Part shown: piece by piece, positions 23,550-34,729 of the stretch | Numbering within the stretch: position 1 is the stretch's first letter | Layout: each line of letters starts with the position of its first letter | Origin: Bacteroidales bacterium | GTDB taxonomy: Bacteria; Bacteroidota; Bacteroidia; Bacteroidales; G3-4614 | Reading direction: 5' to 3' | DNA length: 64,000 bases | Assembly (NCBI GenBank): GCA_036656055.1 | Contig: JAVVOY010000003.1 | Span: forward strand, 27,754 to 91,753 | Notes under the pieces: model-generated | Databases searched by the model: none | The model's input: only the letters and a program-made list of their open reading frames with translations | What the model was told of the DNA's origin: nothing | Made by a program: the position numbers and the translations under genes

Positions 23550-25124
23550 ATGGTTTACGAATATGATTTTTTAGTTGTTGGCTCGGGAATAGCCGGAATG
23601 AGTTTTGCCCTTAAGGTGGCAGATAAAGGTCGGGTGGCAGTTATATGTAAAACAGGAATTGAGGAGGCTAATACGTTTTATGCACAGGGAGGAATTGCGT
23701 CAGTTACTAAATCTGATGATAACTTTGAAAAGCATATACAGGATACATTGATTTGTGGAGGTGGTGTTTGTAATCGTGCTGCTGTGGAGAAGGTTGTGCG
23801 TGAGGCTCCATCGCAGATAAAAGAGCTTGTGGATTGGGGGGTTAGTTTTGACCGTGATGATAAAGGTCGTTTTGATCTGCACCGCGAAGGTGGACATTCG
23901 GAATTCCGTATATTGCATCATCAGGATAATACTGGGGCTGAAATACAGGACAGTCTTATTCGTGCTATTAAAAGCCACCCTAAGATAAAGGTTTTTGAGA
24001 ATCACTTTGCAATAGAGCTTATTACTCAGCACCATCTCGGAACAAATGTTACTCGGCACACGCCGGATATTACGTGCTACGGGGTTTACGTGCTTGATCA
24101 GAATACAAATCACATACATACTTTTTTGTCAAAAACGACTCTTATCGCAACGGGTGGGATAGGAAATGTTTATCGTACCACAACTAATCCTCCGGTAGCT
24201 ACGGGGGATGGAATAGCAATGGTTTATAGGGCTAAGGGTGGTGTTAGTGATATGGAGTTTATTCAGTTCCATCCTACGGCACTTTATAATCCGGGTGAGC
24301 GACCGAGCTTTTTGATTACTGAAGCTATGCGGGGATACGGTGCTGTGCTTCGGACGAAGGACGGAAAGGAATTTATGCAGAAGTATGATGAACGAAGATC
24401 TCTTGCTCCTCGTGATATAGTTGCGCGCGCCATAGATAATGAGATGAAAACACGTGGGGAGGAGTGCGTTTATTTGGATGTTACTCACAAGGATGCTGAT
24501 GAGACGCGCAAGCATTTTCCAAATATATATTGTAAGTGTCTTACGTTAGGAATTGATATTACTAAGGATTATATTCCGGTGGCTCCTGCGGCTCATTATC
24601 TTTGCGGTGGTATTGATGTGGATCTTAATGGTCGCTCTTCTATAAAGCACCTTTATGCTGTCGGGGAGTGTGCATGTACGGGGTTACATGGTGCAAATCG
24701 CCTTGCATCGAATTCGCTGATTGAGGCTGTCGTTTATGCTGATGCTGCTGCAAAACATGCTATAAGTGTGATTCCTGAGATTGAGATGCAGAGGGGGATC
24801 CCGGATTGGAATGATGAGGGAACTTCGCTCCCTGAGGAGATGGTGCTTATTACGCAGAGTGTACGTGAGGTGGAGCAGTTGATGTCGGCTTATGTTGGAA
24901 TTGTGCGATCGAACTTAAGGCTTAAGCGTGCAACTGACAGGCTTGAAATACTTTTTCGTGAGACAGAGAATCTGTTTCAACATTCGGTGGTAACGCGCGA
25001 AATATGTGAGCTACGCAATATTGTTAATGTTGGTTACCTGATAATAAAACAGGCAATGGCAAGGAAGGAGAGTGTAGGGTTGCATTATACGATAGATTAT
25101 CCTAAAACTAACAGGAGTATCTGA
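23550..25124 (+). CDS. nadB: L-aspartate oxidase
   Basis: DFLVVGSGIAGMSFA FAD motif, QGGIA, AAHYLCGGIDVD, GANRLASNSL. Confidence 0.9.
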   Translation: MVYEYDFLVVGSGIAGMSFALKVADKGRVAVICKTGIEEANTFYAQGGIASVTKSDDNFEKHIQDTLICGGGVCNRAAVEKVVREAPSQIKELVDWGVSFDRDDKGRFDLHREGGHSEFRILHHQDNTGAEIQDSLIRAIKSHPKIKVFENHFAIELITQHHLGTNVTRHTPDITCYGVYVLDQNTNHIHTFLSKTTLIATGGIGNVYRTTTNPPVATGDGIAMVYRAKGGVSDMEFIQFHPTALYNPGERPSFLITEAMRGYGAVLRTKDGKEFMQKYDERRSLAPRDIVARAIDNEMKTRGEECVYLDVTHKDADETRKHFPNIYCKCLTLGIDITKDYIPVAPAAHYLCGGIDVDLNGRSSIKHLYAVGECACTGLHGANRLASNSLIEAVVYADAAAKHAISVIPEIEMQRGIPDWNDEGTSLPEEMVLITQSVREVEQLMSAYVGIVRSNLRLKRATDRLEILFRETENLFQHSVVTREICELRNIVNVGYLIIKQAMARKESVGLHYTIDYPKTNRSI

Positions 25125-25150
25125 GGCGTAGCTGGCTAATTATTCTTAAT

Positions 25151-25837
25151 TTAATCTCTCTCTTCGTTTTCTACTTGTTTCCATGCGTTAAGACGGTATT
25201 TTTCGGCGTATCTCTTTTCCCATAATAGCCAAATAAAAAATACGAAAACTGACATGGCTTTTCCTGAGTAATCATGGACTTGGACGAAGATATTCATGTC
25301 TATTTTTGTTATATAGGCAACAAATGCAAGGCGAAAACAATTTATTATGAAGAAGGCTATGAGGGATGCGGGTATAAACCATAATCTTGGCTTTGTCGGT
25401 CCGGGAAGGAGTAGCATTACTAAAAGAATGATAACCATTTCGCGGTTTCCGGCGCAGGTGGGAAATATTTTTACACCGCCGGCGTATTTACCGTTTTCTA
25501 ATATAAATATGTCTACATTGTTGTGTATGGTTTCTTGCCTAAATGCAACGCGGGTGAAGAAATTAACTCCATCTGCTGTTTTTTCTGATATCCACTGATT
25601 GTACTTTTCGAGGTTTATAAATGTCATTACAGGTGTTGGTTTGTGTGTACCGTCATATCCTGTGTATAGGGCAAAATTACTGTCTCCTCCCCACCATATA
25701 ATGCGGACAAAGGCGAAGATAACGAAGAATAGAATTAACCCATTGAATCCGTTTACTCTTGAGTCGCCGAGAGCCATCCACCTCTTTTTGGGAAGATGCT
25801 TTTTTAGTTGTCTTAGAAGTTTGCAGTAGAGTTTCAT
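25151..25837 (-). CDS. exosortase/archaeosortase-family protein (XrtF-like, atypical N-terminus)
   Basis: Candidate Cys/Arg/His triad in the expected order and contexts: PTCAGNREM, IINCFRLAF, VHDYSGKAMSVF. The start is uncertain, with an alternative M at 25777. Confidence 0.45.
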   Translation of the reverse strand: MKLYCKLLRQLKKHLPKKRWMALGDSRVNGFNGLILFFVIFAFVRIIWWGGDSNFALYTGYDGTHKPTPVMTFINLEKYNQWISEKTADGVNFFTRVAFRQETIHNNVDIFILENGKYAGGVKIFPTCAGNREMVIILLVMLLLPGPTKPRLWFIPASLIAFFIINCFRLAFVAYITKIDMNIFVQVHDYSGKAMSVFVFFIWLLWEKRYAEKYRLNAWKQVENEERD

Positions 25838-25880
25838 CTGATTAATTTATTATATGTTTAGTTAAATCTATAATGAGTAT

Positions 25881-26348
25881 TTATACTTTTGTCAATTCGT
25901 CTTTTATCTCTTTTATTGTTTTGCATGATATTGGATGGTAGAGTTGTGGTGCTATCTCTGCAAGTGGCTCTATTACAAATGTTCGTTGCTGCATTTTTGG
26001 ATGTGGTATTGTTAGATTTTCTTCTTCTATTATAATGTTGTTGTATAGCAGTATATCAATATCTATCGTACGGTCTTCGTATTTATCTCCTCTTTTTTTA
26101 CTGCGTCCCAAATTTGTCTCAATCTTTTGTGTTTGTTCGAGAAGTTGGTACGGAGTGAGATCGGTCTCTATTTCGACAGCGATGTTGATAAAGTTGTTTG
26201 TGGATGTAAATCCCCATGGGGCTGTCTCATATTGTGAGGATACTTTTATAATATGTCCTATGTTTTTTTCTATCTCATTGAGTGCTATTGTTATATTGTT
26301 GTCCCGATTGCCGAGATTGGATCCAAGGGAGAGATAGATGGTATTCAT
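25881..26348 (-). CDS. folK: 2-amino-4-hydroxy-6-hydroxymethyldihydropteridine diphosphokinase
   Basis: [15 protein letters not shown]...YETAPWGF...RTIDIDILLY...LTIPHP. The ATG at 26348 shares one base with the queA TAA (TAATG). Confidence 0.88.
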   Translation of the reverse strand: MNTIYLSLGSNLGNRDNNITIALNEIEKNIGHIIKVSSQYETAPWGFTSTNNFINIAVEIETDLTPYQLLEQTQKIETNLGRSKKRGDKYEDRTIDIDILLYNNIIIEEENLTIPHPKMQQRTFVIEPLAEIAPQLYHPISCKTIKEIKDELTKV

Positions 26349-27400
26349 TAGTCTATTATAAGCATTGCGTCTCCGTATGCACCGAAACGGTATTTTTCTT
26401 TTACGGCTTCTCTGTATGCTTCCATTACGTATTCGTATCCACCGAATGCCGTCACCATCATAAGCATGGTTGAGAGTGGCATGTGGAAGTTGCTTACCAT
26501 TGCATTTGCTATTGTAAAATCGTATGGTGGAAAGATGAATTTGTTTGTCCATCCTTCAAAACCTTTTATATGTGAGTCGGTACAAACGGTTGTCTCTATT
26601 GCACGCATGGTGGATGTTCCTACTATGCAAACTTTTTTATCGTTGTCTTTGGTTGTATTGATTTTCTCTGTTGTTTCGTTGTTTATTAACATAGGTTCGG
26701 AATCCATTTTGTGTTTTGTAAGGTCTTCTACGTCTATGTCTTTGAAACTGCCGAGTCCTATGTGGAGTGTTATAAATGCTGAGTCTATTCCTTTTATTTC
26801 CATCCTTTTAAGAAGTTCACGGCTGAAATGTAATCCTGCTGCGGGGGCTACTACGGCTCCTTCTTTTTGTGCAAAGATGGTTTGGTAACGCTCAACGTCT
26901 TCTGATTCTGGCTTGCGTTTTATATATTCGGGTAGGGGGGTCTCTCCGAGGGATAACAGAATGGTTTTGAACTCTTCATGTTCGCCATCGTAAAGAAATC
27001 TTAATGTGCGACCGCGAGAGGTTGTGTTGTCAATTACTTCGGCTACAACTGATTCGTCTTCGCCGAAGTAGAGCTTATTTCCAATGCGTATTTTGCGTGC
27101 TGGGTCGACAAGTACATCCCAAAGCCGGTTGGCGCGGTTTAGCTCGCGGAGCAGAAAAACCTCTATCTGGGCTCCGGTCTTCTCTTTGTTTCCGAAAAGG
27201 CGTGCCGGAAATACTTGTGTGTTGTTAAATACAAACAGGTCACCGTCATCAAAGAACTTTATTATATCTTTGAATACCAGATGTTCTATCTTTCCGGTCT
27301 TGCGGTGAAGTATCATCATACGGGATTCATCGCGATGTTCGGAAGGGTATTGGGCTATTAACTCTTCTGGTAGTCTGAATTTGAATTGTGACAGTTTCAT
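26348..27400 (-). CDS. queA: tRNA preQ1(34) S-adenosylmethionine ribosyltransferase-isomerase
   Basis: [19 protein letters not shown]...DESRMM...[12 protein letters not shown]...GTSTMRAIE...[11 protein letters not shown]. Confidence 0.92.
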   Translation of the reverse strand: MKLSQFKFRLPEELIAQYPSEHRDESRMMILHRKTGKIEHLVFKDIIKFFDDGDLFVFNNTQVFPARLFGNKEKTGAQIEVFLLRELNRANRLWDVLVDPARKIRIGNKLYFGEDESVVAEVIDNTTSRGRTLRFLYDGEHEEFKTILLSLGETPLPEYIKRKPESEDVERYQTIFAQKEGAVVAPAAGLHFSRELLKRMEIKGIDSAFITLHIGLGSFKDIDVEDLTKHKMDSEPMLINNETTEKINTTKDNDKKVCIVGTSTMRAIETTVCTDSHIKGFEGWTNKFIFPPYDFTIANAMVSNFHMPLSTMLMMVTAFGGYEYVMEAYREAVKEKYRFGAYGDAMLIID

Positions 27401-27501
27401 GTGCTTTTTTATTTTTCCGGGATTTATGTCTTTCTGCAATGGATAAAATTTGAAGGTAAAATCAAATATGCTTTGTCCATATCCGGAGTTGTTAATATTT
27501 T

Positions 27502-28230
27502 TTACTCTTTTGCAGGCTCTGCTGATTGCGATACGATCTTTTCAATTTGGTCAACGTTAAAGCAATCTTCAAGTTTTACATCTCCTATACGTGTTCTTGT
27601 GAGGGCTGTAAGGTGTGCTCCACTTCCGAGTGCTTCTCCTATGTCGCGCGCTAATGCTCGGATATAGGTCCCTTTGCTGCATACTACGCGTATTTTTATC
27701 TCTGTTTCTGAAAATTCAAGGAGCTCTATCTCTTCTATTTTAAGTTTCTTTGATTTTAGCTCTACTTCGCACCCTTTGCGTGCAAGGTGGTAAGCTCTTT
27801 TGCCATCTACTTTTACGGCGGAAAAGATTGGAGGAATTTGATCTATCTCGCCTATGAAATGTTGTAATGTATCTTCTGCTTTTTTGCGTGTTATATGTGC
27901 GGTCGGATATGTGAAATCTATTTCGGTTTCAAGATCGAATGATGGCGTGGTGGCTCCGAGCCTTATTGTTGCTATGTACTCTTTATCGTGACCTTGTAGC
28001 GCGGAAATTTGCTTTGTTGCACGTCCGGTACAGAGTGTAATTACTCCTGTTGCAAGAGGATCAAGCGTGCCGGAGTGCCCCACTTTGAAATTCTTTATGC
28101 CGAGTTTCTTGTGTATGTGTCCGCGGAGGACCTTTACAAGCTTAAATGATGTCCAATGTAAGGGCTTGTCGAAATGAAGTATCTCCCCTTCGGTAAAGTT
28201 GTAAACTCTATCTTTTGATATCTCCTGCAC
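27502..28230 (-). CDS. truB: tRNA pseudouridine(55) synthase
   Basis: [25 protein letters not shown] (catalytic Asp), [13 protein letters not shown]. There is no ATG upstream of the conserved core outside the uppP overlap, so a GTG at 28230 is proposed as the start. The start is uncertain. Confidence 0.85.
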   Translation of the reverse strand: MQEISKDRVYNFTEGEILHFDKPLHWTSFKLVKVLRGHIHKKLGIKNFKVGHSGTLDPLATGVITLCTGRATKQISALQGHDKEYIATIRLGATTPSFDLETEIDFTYPTAHITRKKAEDTLQHFIGEIDQIPPIFSAVKVDGKRAYHLARKGCEVELKSKKLKIEEIELLEFSETEIKIRVVCSKGTYIRALARDIGEALGSGAHLTALTRTRIGDVKLEDCFNVDQIEKIVSQSAEPAKE

Positions 28231-28241
28231 AGACGGTTTTT

Positions 28242-29039
28242 TTAAGTTAAAGAATATATTATTGCAAATAACCCTGCGGCAACGCAATAGTATGTAAAGT
28301 ATATGAGTTTTCCTCTTTTTACAATGTTTATCATCATTTTGCATGCAATGCATCCGGCTATGAAGGCAGAGATAAAACCTATCAGAAGCGAGTAGGTGGA
28401 GATGCCGGAGTTCTCGGGTGAGAAACCTCCTTTTATGAGGTCTAGAAAGGCTTCGCCAAGTATGGGGACAATTACCATAAGAAACGAAAATTTTGCAATT
28501 TCTTCTTTTTTGTCGCCCAATAGTAATCCTGTTGCTATTGTCGTTCCTGAGCGCGATAGCCCAGGTAGTACGGCTACGGCTTGTGATGCTCCTATTATAA
28601 GGGCATCGGAGAAAGATATTTTATCTTTTTTGCGTGGTTTTGCATAGTATGCGAACGCGAGAAGGGCAGCTGTTACTAATAACATTATGCCGACAAGCAA
28701 AAGACCGTTTCCGAATAGCTCTTCGATGTAATCTTTGAAGAAGAGACCTATAATTCCTACCGGAATCATTGATAATGCTATCTTTGATAGGTATTGTGTG
28801 GATTCATTCCATTTGAACTTGAAAACTCCTCTTAACAGAATGTTTATCTCTCCCCAGAGAACGACTATTGTACTGCATACAGTGGCTGCATGAACTACAA
28901 CGGCAAAAGTAAGGTTTTCTTCGCCTACATTATTGCCCATTAGTGCGTTGGCTATTTGTAGGTGTCCGCTGCTGCTTACCGGCAGGTATTCTGTAAATCC
29001 TTGAAGAAGACCTAATAAAAATGCTTCTAATCCGCTCAT
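28242..29039 (-). CDS. uppP: undecaprenyl-diphosphate phosphatase
   Basis: [29 protein letters not shown]; polytopic membrane protein of 265 aa. Confidence 0.92.
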   Translation of the reverse strand: MSGLEAFLLGLLQGFTEYLPVSSSGHLQIANALMGNNVGEENLTFAVVVHAATVCSTIVVLWGEINILLRGVFKFKWNESTQYLSKIALSMIPVGIIGLFFKDYIEELFGNGLLLVGIMLLVTAALLAFAYYAKPRKKDKISFSDALIIGASQAVAVLPGLSRSGTTIATGLLLGDKKEEIAKFSFLMVIVPILGEAFLDLIKGGFSPENSGISTYSLLIGFISAFIAGCIACKMMINIVKRGKLIYFTYYCVAAGLFAIIYSLT

Positions 29040-29317
29040 TTGGTTTCCTCCTTTTTATCTTTATACATTATTGCGTATACGATGAATATGAATCCAAAGA
29101 ATGATATGCCGGGTGCAAGGACTATGCGACGCCAACTAAATATCTCGGGGTTGTAATATTTAGGTGTGGAACCGCTGCCGGCCATAAGTGACAGACCGAG
29201 GATTATTATTATGAATGCTGCGGCTATAAGTATATAATTTTTTTTCCCAAGTGCAAAGTTTGAGGTGGGTTCGCTAAGTATACTGCCGTTTTTGGTGTTT
29301 GTTTTATGTTTTATCAT
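29036..29317 (-). CDS. DUF3098-like small membrane protein
   Basis: 93 aa with 2 TM helices. It occupies the conserved Bacteroidetes position between ftsX and uppP. Confidence 0.55.
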   Translation of the reverse strand: MIKHKTNTKNGSILSEPTSNFALGKKNYILIAAAFIIIILGLSLMAGSGSTPKYYNPEIFSWRRIVLAPGISFFGFIFIVYAIMYKDKKEETK

Positions 29318-29318
29318 T

Positions 29319-30200
29319 TTACATATAATATAAATCGTCTTTTTCCATGGATATATAGCGGTTTACTGCAAAATAAGCTGATATGGCTGTAAGTATTATC
29401 CCTAATGCCAGTACTATTGCAAATACTTGTAATAATGTAACTATATTTATTAGTATAGAGAGGTTTTCAAACTCTGATATGAGGTAATAGGCGCAGCCTG
29501 ATAGGAGTGCCATTGCTATTGCGGAGGCTATTATTCCTCCTATTATGTTGTTTATTATAAATGGGCGGCGGATAAATCCTGATGTTGCTCCTACTAGTTT
29601 CATAGTGTGTATAAGGAACCGTTTTGAATATGCCATAAGTCTTATCGTATTGCTTATAAGTGCAAAGGATATTATCATGAGTACAACTGACAGCGACAAC
29701 AGTATGTATTCTGCTTTGCGCATATTGTCGTTTACAAGTTGTATTACATCTTTTTGGCATATTATATCGGCAACGACATCAGTGTGTTTGCGTAGTCCTT
29801 TCTCTATCCATGTAAGGCTGTCTTGATTTGCATATTCGGCTGCAAGTTTTACCTCTATTGAGGATTGTAAAGGGTTGAAACCAAGTAGGTCTTTAGGGTT
29901 TTCGCCTAACTCAACTTCAAGTTCTTTAAGCGCATCGTCTTTTGAAATGTATTGGGTTGCTCTTACGTAGGGTGCAATATTAAGGGCTCTTTTTATATCT
30001 TCTACTCCGCGCTTGGGTGCGGTGTCTTTAAGTACGATTGAAAAGCCCATATTCTCTTTTATATATTTTGTAAGTTGTGTTCCAAGAATGGACATCATTG
30101 CTATTACTCCAAGAATAAAGAGGACTAACGATATGCTTATTGTAGAGGTTACACGTGCGTTTAAAAACGAGATACGACGTTTTTCTTTTGTTTCTTGCAT
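29319..30200 (-). CDS. ftsX: cell division protein FtsX-like permease
   Basis: FtsX topology: TM1, a periplasmic loop, then 3 C-terminal TM helices, with MKLVGATSGFIRRPF. Start at the internal MQETKEKRR (ATG 30200). Confidence 0.8.
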   Translation of the reverse strand: MQETKEKRRISFLNARVTSTISISLVLFILGVIAMMSILGTQLTKYIKENMGFSIVLKDTAPKRGVEDIKRALNIAPYVRATQYISKDDALKELEVELGENPKDLLGFNPLQSSIEVKLAAEYANQDSLTWIEKGLRKHTDVVADIICQKDVIQLVNDNMRKAEYILLSLSVVLMIISFALISNTIRLMAYSKRFLIHTMKLVGATSGFIRRPFIINNIIGGIIASAIAMALLSGCAYYLISEFENLSILINIVTLLQVFAIVLALGIILTAISAYFAVNRYISMEKDDLYYM

Positions 30201-30775
30201 TTTGACTCTTTTTTTAACTCCTTTATTATCAAACGAAAAAACAGTCTGAAAAAGACTCTCAGACTTATGAATGTGAATTTTAAATTGACTCTGAAAAAGG
30301 GTATATCTATCCAAATTCTTTGCAAAAGTAGTAAAGATTCCATGAAATATACTATTTTTCATCCATAAAATTTTGCTGATTATTTTTAGTGATACCTTGG
30401 GGTTTGTGTGGTAGCCTTTTAACTCTTCTTGTATTATATCTGTTATTTACGTGGCTACCGTAGGGATATTCTGCTCCTAAGTGAAATCTGTGGTGTGTAT
30501 TTGTTGTTGTAGGATGAATAATAGTTTTTTGTCACATGTTGTCTTACCTGACTGTTTGGGGATAATATAAGGAGGTGATGATGTGAATTTTGCTAATGTT
30601 CATTTGGGATGCAAAACAATTCTTTGAGATTATTTGTTTTTTTGCCATTCTCTTTTTAGAGTGGACTTATGTGAAAATATAATTACGGGGTATCGGTATA
30701 TATTTTGGAGCTTGTAATGAATAGTCATGAAAGTGAATTTGATTTTGAATTTGTATTGCTCTATCTTTGTCATCT

Positions 30776-31063
30776 ATGTGGATAAAAAAGCATTTTATAT
30801 ATCTTAAGGGTAAATTTGTGATTTTTCTGAAAGGATTTAATTTCAGAACGGGGGTTATTGTGACTTTGTTGTGTATCCCTTTTTATATTTTGTCTTTTGC
30901 TCAAATATTGTTACCTATATCTGTTGCGGCGAAAGGTATTTTGTGGGTGATATTTTTTGGTATGGCTAAGATTGTACAGTATTCTGGTCTTGCAATATTG
31001 GGGGTGGAGGGGATAAAGAGATTGAAGGGTTATTTGTCTTCTCTTGTTGGAAAGGAGAAGTAG
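30776..31063 (+). CDS. small two-TM protein (transporter-suffix-domain-like)
   Basis: Two hydrophobic helices and LAILGVEGIKRLKGYL, a pattern recalled from transporter suffix domain proteins. Start at ATG 30776, because the track start is a TTG. Confidence 0.4.
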   Translation: MWIKKHFIYLKGKFVIFLKGFNFRTGVIVTLLCIPFYILSFAQILLPISVAAKGILWVIFFGMAKIVQYSGLAILGVEGIKRLKGYLSSLVGKEK

Positions 31064-31147
31064 GTTTAGATATTTGTTGTTTGATTGAAAAATAAAAATC
31101 CCGACTTTGTTAAAAAGCCGGGATTTTGTATCTATTTACAGCTGGGA

Positions 31148-31903
31148 TCAGTCTTTTAATTTTGCTGATATGAATTCGCGGTTTAGTCGTGCTATGTTGG
31201 TAATTGATACGCCTTTGGGACACTCTGCTTCGCAGGCTCCGGTATTGGTGCAGTTTCCGAATCCTAATTCGTCCATCTTTGAAAGCATGGCTTTTGCGCG
31301 TTTTGCTCCTTCTACTTTGCCTTGTGGCAGCAGTGCTAACTGGCTGACCTTGGCTGATACAAATAACATAGCAGATCCATTTTTGCATGCTGCAACACAG
31401 GCTCCACAACCGATGCATGAGGCTGCATCCATTGCTAGATCGGCATCTTCTTTTGGGATTGGTATTGCATTGGCGTCTTGTGCACCACCTGTATTTAAGG
31501 ATATGTATCCTCCGGCTTGCATTATTTTATCGAATGCGTTGCGGTCTACCATCAGGTCGCGTATTATCGGGAATCCGGCTGAACGCCATGGCTCTACAAC
31601 GATTGTCTCTCCGTCTTTGAAACGGCGCATGTGTAGTTGGCATGTGGTTATATCTTCGTCTGGTCCGTGTGGATGTCCGTTGATGTAGAGTGAACACATT
31701 CCGCAGATTCCTTCTCGGCAGTCGTTGTCGAAAACAACTGGCTCTTCGCCTTTGTTTATGAGTTGTTCGTTGAGGATGTCGAGCATTTCAAGGAATGAGC
31801 TTCCTATTGAGATGTTGTCTAATTTGTAGCTTTTAAATCCTCCGGGCTCTTTGGGGCCTCTTTGGCGCCAGATCTTAAGTGTTATATTTATTGTCTTATC
31901 CAT
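31148..31903 (-). CDS. sdhB: succinate dehydrogenase/fumarate reductase iron-sulfur subunit
   Basis: [39 protein letters not shown] Fe-S cluster motifs. Confidence 0.93.
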   Translation of the reverse strand: MDKTINITLKIWRQRGPKEPGGFKSYKLDNISIGSSFLEMLDILNEQLINKGEEPVVFDNDCREGICGMCSLYINGHPHGPDEDITTCQLHMRRFKDGETIVVEPWRSAGFPIIRDLMVDRNAFDKIMQAGGYISLNTGGAQDANAIPIPKEDADLAMDAASCIGCGACVAACKNGSAMLFVSAKVSQLALLPQGKVEGAKRAKAMLSKMDELGFGNCTNTGACEAECPKGVSITNIARLNREFISAKLKD

Positions 31904-31908
31904 GGCTG

Positions 31909-33858
31909 TTATTGTTTGTAGTTGCGTTGTTGTACCTTGATGGCTTCGTATTTAAGCTCTTCTTTCAGCATTATTGGATCGTTGTCTTCTCCGTTGTATT
32001 TCCAGCAGCTTACGTACATGTATTTGTCGTCATGGCGAAGTGCTTCACCTTCGGGGGTCTGGAATTCTTCGCGGAAATGTCCGCCGCATGATTCGTTACG
32101 GTTGAGTCCGTCTAATGCCATTAATTCTCCTATCTCTATAAAGTCAGCTACGCGCAGAGCCTTTTCTAATTCTATATTAAGCGAGTTGGCTTCTCCGGGG
32201 ATGCGAACGTTTGTCCAGAACTCTTTTTTAATTTCTTTGAGTTTCTGTATTGCGGTTTGAAGCCCTTCTTTGGTGCGCCCCATTCCTACGTAGTCCCACA
32301 TTATAAGACCAAGTTCTTTGTGGAGTGAATCTACTGAACGTTTTCCTTTGATATTCATCAGTTTTTGTATGCGCTCTTCAACGGCTTTTTCTGCTTGATC
32401 GAATTCTGGTGTGGCTGTGTTGATGTGTGGTACTGATATTTGGTCGGATAGGAAGTTTTGTATTGTGTACGGGAGAACGAAATATCCGTCAGCGAGACCT
32501 TGCATAAGGGCTGAGGCTCCGAGGCGGTTTGCTCCGTGGTCTGAGAAGTTGGCTTCGCCTATGGCAAATAATCCGGGGATTGATGTGCTGAGCTCGTAGT
32601 CTACCCAAATTCCTCCCATTGTGTAGTGAATTGCGGGGTAGATCATCATCGGGGTTTGGTATGGGTTTTCGTCAACTATCTTTTCATACATCTGGAAGAG
32701 GTTTCCGTAGCGGGATGCAACTACCTCTTTGCCAAGGCGGTTTATTGCCGATGAGAAGTCGAGATAAACGGCTAATCCGGTTGATCCTACTCCGTAACCT
32801 GCATCGCAGCGCTCTTTTGCCGCGCGTGAGGCTACATCGCGTGGAACAAGGTTTCCGAATGCCGGATAACGACGCTCAAGATAGTAGTCGCGGTCTTCTT
32901 CTTTTATTGCGGTTGGTTTCATCTTTCCTGTGCGGATGGCTTCTGCGTCTTCTTTATTTTTTGGTGTCCAGATGCGACCGTCATTACGTAGTGATTCTGA
33001 CATAAGCGTCAGTTTTGATTGTGATTCGCCGTGGACAGGGATACAGGTTGGGTGTATCTGTGCGAAGGCCGGGTTTGCGAAGTATGCTCCTTTGCGGTAG
33101 CACTGCATGGCGGCTGATCCGTTGCTGTTCATTGCATTTGTAGAGAGGAAGTAGGCGTTTCCGTATCCGCCGGAGGCGATTACTACTGCGTGTGCTCCGA
33201 AACGTTCTATTTTTCCTGTTACGAGGTTGCGGGCAATTATTCCGCGGGCGCGACCGTCTATCATTACAAGATCAAGCATCTCGTAACGTGTATAGAGTTT
33301 TACGGATCCTTTTTGTATTTGACGGCTGAGTGATGAGTATGCGCCGAGAAGCAACTGTTGTCCTGTTTGCCCTTTTGCATAGAAGGTACGTGATACTTGT
33401 GCGCCTCCGAATGAGCGATTGTCGAGTAGACCGCCGTATTCGCGTGCAAATGGAACGCCTTGTGCTACGCATTGGTCTATTATGCTGTTTGACACTTCGG
33501 CAAGTCTGTAAACGTTTGATTCGCGTGCTCGGTAGTCGCCACCTTTTATTGTATCATAGAATAGGCGATAAACGCTGTCGCCATCGTTCTGGTAATTTTT
33601 TGCTGCATTTATACCGCCTTGGGCTGCAATTGAGTGTGCGCGACGTGGTGAGTCTTGTATACAGAAGTTTAGCACGTTGAATCCGAGTTCTCCTAAGGAT
33701 GCTGCAGCTGAGCCTCCTGCAAGACCTGTCCCTACCACTATTATGTCTAAACGACGTTTGTTAGCCGGATTAACAAGTTTTTGATGGGCTTTATAGTTGC
33801 TCCATTTTTCGGCTAATGGCCCTTCGGGTATCTTGGAATCTATTTTTATGTCTGCCAT
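31909..33858 (-). CDS. sdhA: fumarate reductase/succinate dehydrogenase flavoprotein subunit
   Basis: [45 protein letters not shown]. Confidence 0.95.
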   Translation of the reverse strand: MADIKIDSKIPEGPLAEKWSNYKAHQKLVNPANKRRLDIIVVGTGLAGGSAAASLGELGFNVLNFCIQDSPRRAHSIAAQGGINAAKNYQNDGDSVYRLFYDTIKGGDYRARESNVYRLAEVSNSIIDQCVAQGVPFAREYGGLLDNRSFGGAQVSRTFYAKGQTGQQLLLGAYSSLSRQIQKGSVKLYTRYEMLDLVMIDGRARGIIARNLVTGKIERFGAHAVVIASGGYGNAYFLSTNAMNSNGSAAMQCYRKGAYFANPAFAQIHPTCIPVHGESQSKLTLMSESLRNDGRIWTPKNKEDAEAIRTGKMKPTAIKEEDRDYYLERRYPAFGNLVPRDVASRAAKERCDAGYGVGSTGLAVYLDFSSAINRLGKEVVASRYGNLFQMYEKIVDENPYQTPMMIYPAIHYTMGGIWVDYELSTSIPGLFAIGEANFSDHGANRLGASALMQGLADGYFVLPYTIQNFLSDQISVPHINTATPEFDQAEKAVEERIQKLMNIKGKRSVDSLHKELGLIMWDYVGMGRTKEGLQTAIQKLKEIKKEFWTNVRIPGEANSLNIELEKALRVADFIEIGELMALDGLNRNESCGGHFREEFQTPEGEALRHDDKYMYVSCWKYNGEDNDPIMLKEELKYEAIKVQQRNYKQ

Positions 33859-33882
33859 AATTATTATTGTTTTGTTATTTGA

Positions 33883-34551
33883 CTATGCTACCACAAAGTA
33901 GAACCAGAGGGCTACGAATGCGAACCCGAGGCAGATTATTGTGGTGAAGATATTTGATATGGCTTTCCAGCGGTTCATCCATATATGGTTGTTCCATCCG
34001 ATAGTCTGAATTGCACTCCAGAAGCCATGTGTGAGATGGAACCATATTGCTGCAAACCAGATAAGGTAGAGTATGAGAAACAACGGATGACTGAATGTCT
34101 GGGCTATTAGGGCGTATCCGTCTGCTGGATCTATTCCTTGTAGATTAAGCCCGGCAATTTCGTTGAACTGCATCTTGTACCAGAATTGTATCCCGTGAAG
34201 TACAAGCCCGAGAATAACGATGATACCAAGTGCCAACATATTCTGTGATGCCCACTCAACCTCTTTGGGTCGTGCTGTTACATAGTAACGGTCGTTGCCA
34301 CGTGCTTTGAGGTTTTGTAGTGTCAACCAGAATGCGTAGATGATATGTATTGCAAAACCGGCCACCAATACGAGTGTGCCTACAATAGCATACCAATTTG
34401 CTCCTAAAAACTCGCAAATCATATTGTAGCCTTCTTCTGAGAATACGGCGACAAAGTTCATTGCCAAGTGGAATGTCAGGAACAATACCAGAAAAAGCCC
34501 TGATAGACTCATTACGAGCTTTCTCCCGATAGATGAATTTGTTAACCACAT
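33883..34551 (-). CDS. sdhC: succinate dehydrogenase/fumarate reductase cytochrome b subunit
   Basis: 222 aa with 5 TM helices and conserved His residues. It is the first gene of the sdhCAB-type operon typical of Bacteroidetes. Confidence 0.85.
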   Translation of the reverse strand: MWLTNSSIGRKLVMSLSGLFLVLFLTFHLAMNFVAVFSEEGYNMICEFLGANWYAIVGTLVLVAGFAIHIIYAFWLTLQNLKARGNDRYYVTARPKEVEWASQNMLALGIIVILGLVLHGIQFWYKMQFNEIAGLNLQGIDPADGYALIAQTFSHPLFLILYLIWFAAIWFHLTHGFWSAIQTIGWNNHIWMNRWKAISNIFTTIICLGFAFVALWFYFVVA

Positions 34552-34729
34552 AAAAATTTTAGTTTAGTGAGTATAATTGTATGGAATTTTCAAAGACGCA
34601 AATGTAGTGCAATCTGCCGGAGTTCGCAAACAAATAAAGATTTTTTTCTGCAATATGCTGCTATTATGGCAAAATGTTTTATTTTTGTGCTTTTATATAG
34701 ATAAGGTATTATTATAAAATTAAGTATAT

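Noticed and set aside
30568-30586. TAAGGAGGTGAT followed by ATGATGTGA (a strong Shine-Dalgarno-like sequence with a start-stop mini-ORF) in the 400-bp gap upstream of ftsX
   Set aside because: As I recall, the Bacteroidales 16S 3-prime tail ends ...ACACCUCCUUUCU. True complementarity is then only about 9 nt (AAGGAGGTG), which is expected roughly once by chance in 128 kb of two-strand sequence. No meaningful ORF follows.
31107-31688. 193-aa plus-strand ORF
   Set aside because: It is antisense to the sdhB iron-sulfur subunit gene, whose Cys-cluster motifs are unambiguous. The Ala/Ser/Pro-rich translation is typical of a shadow ORF.
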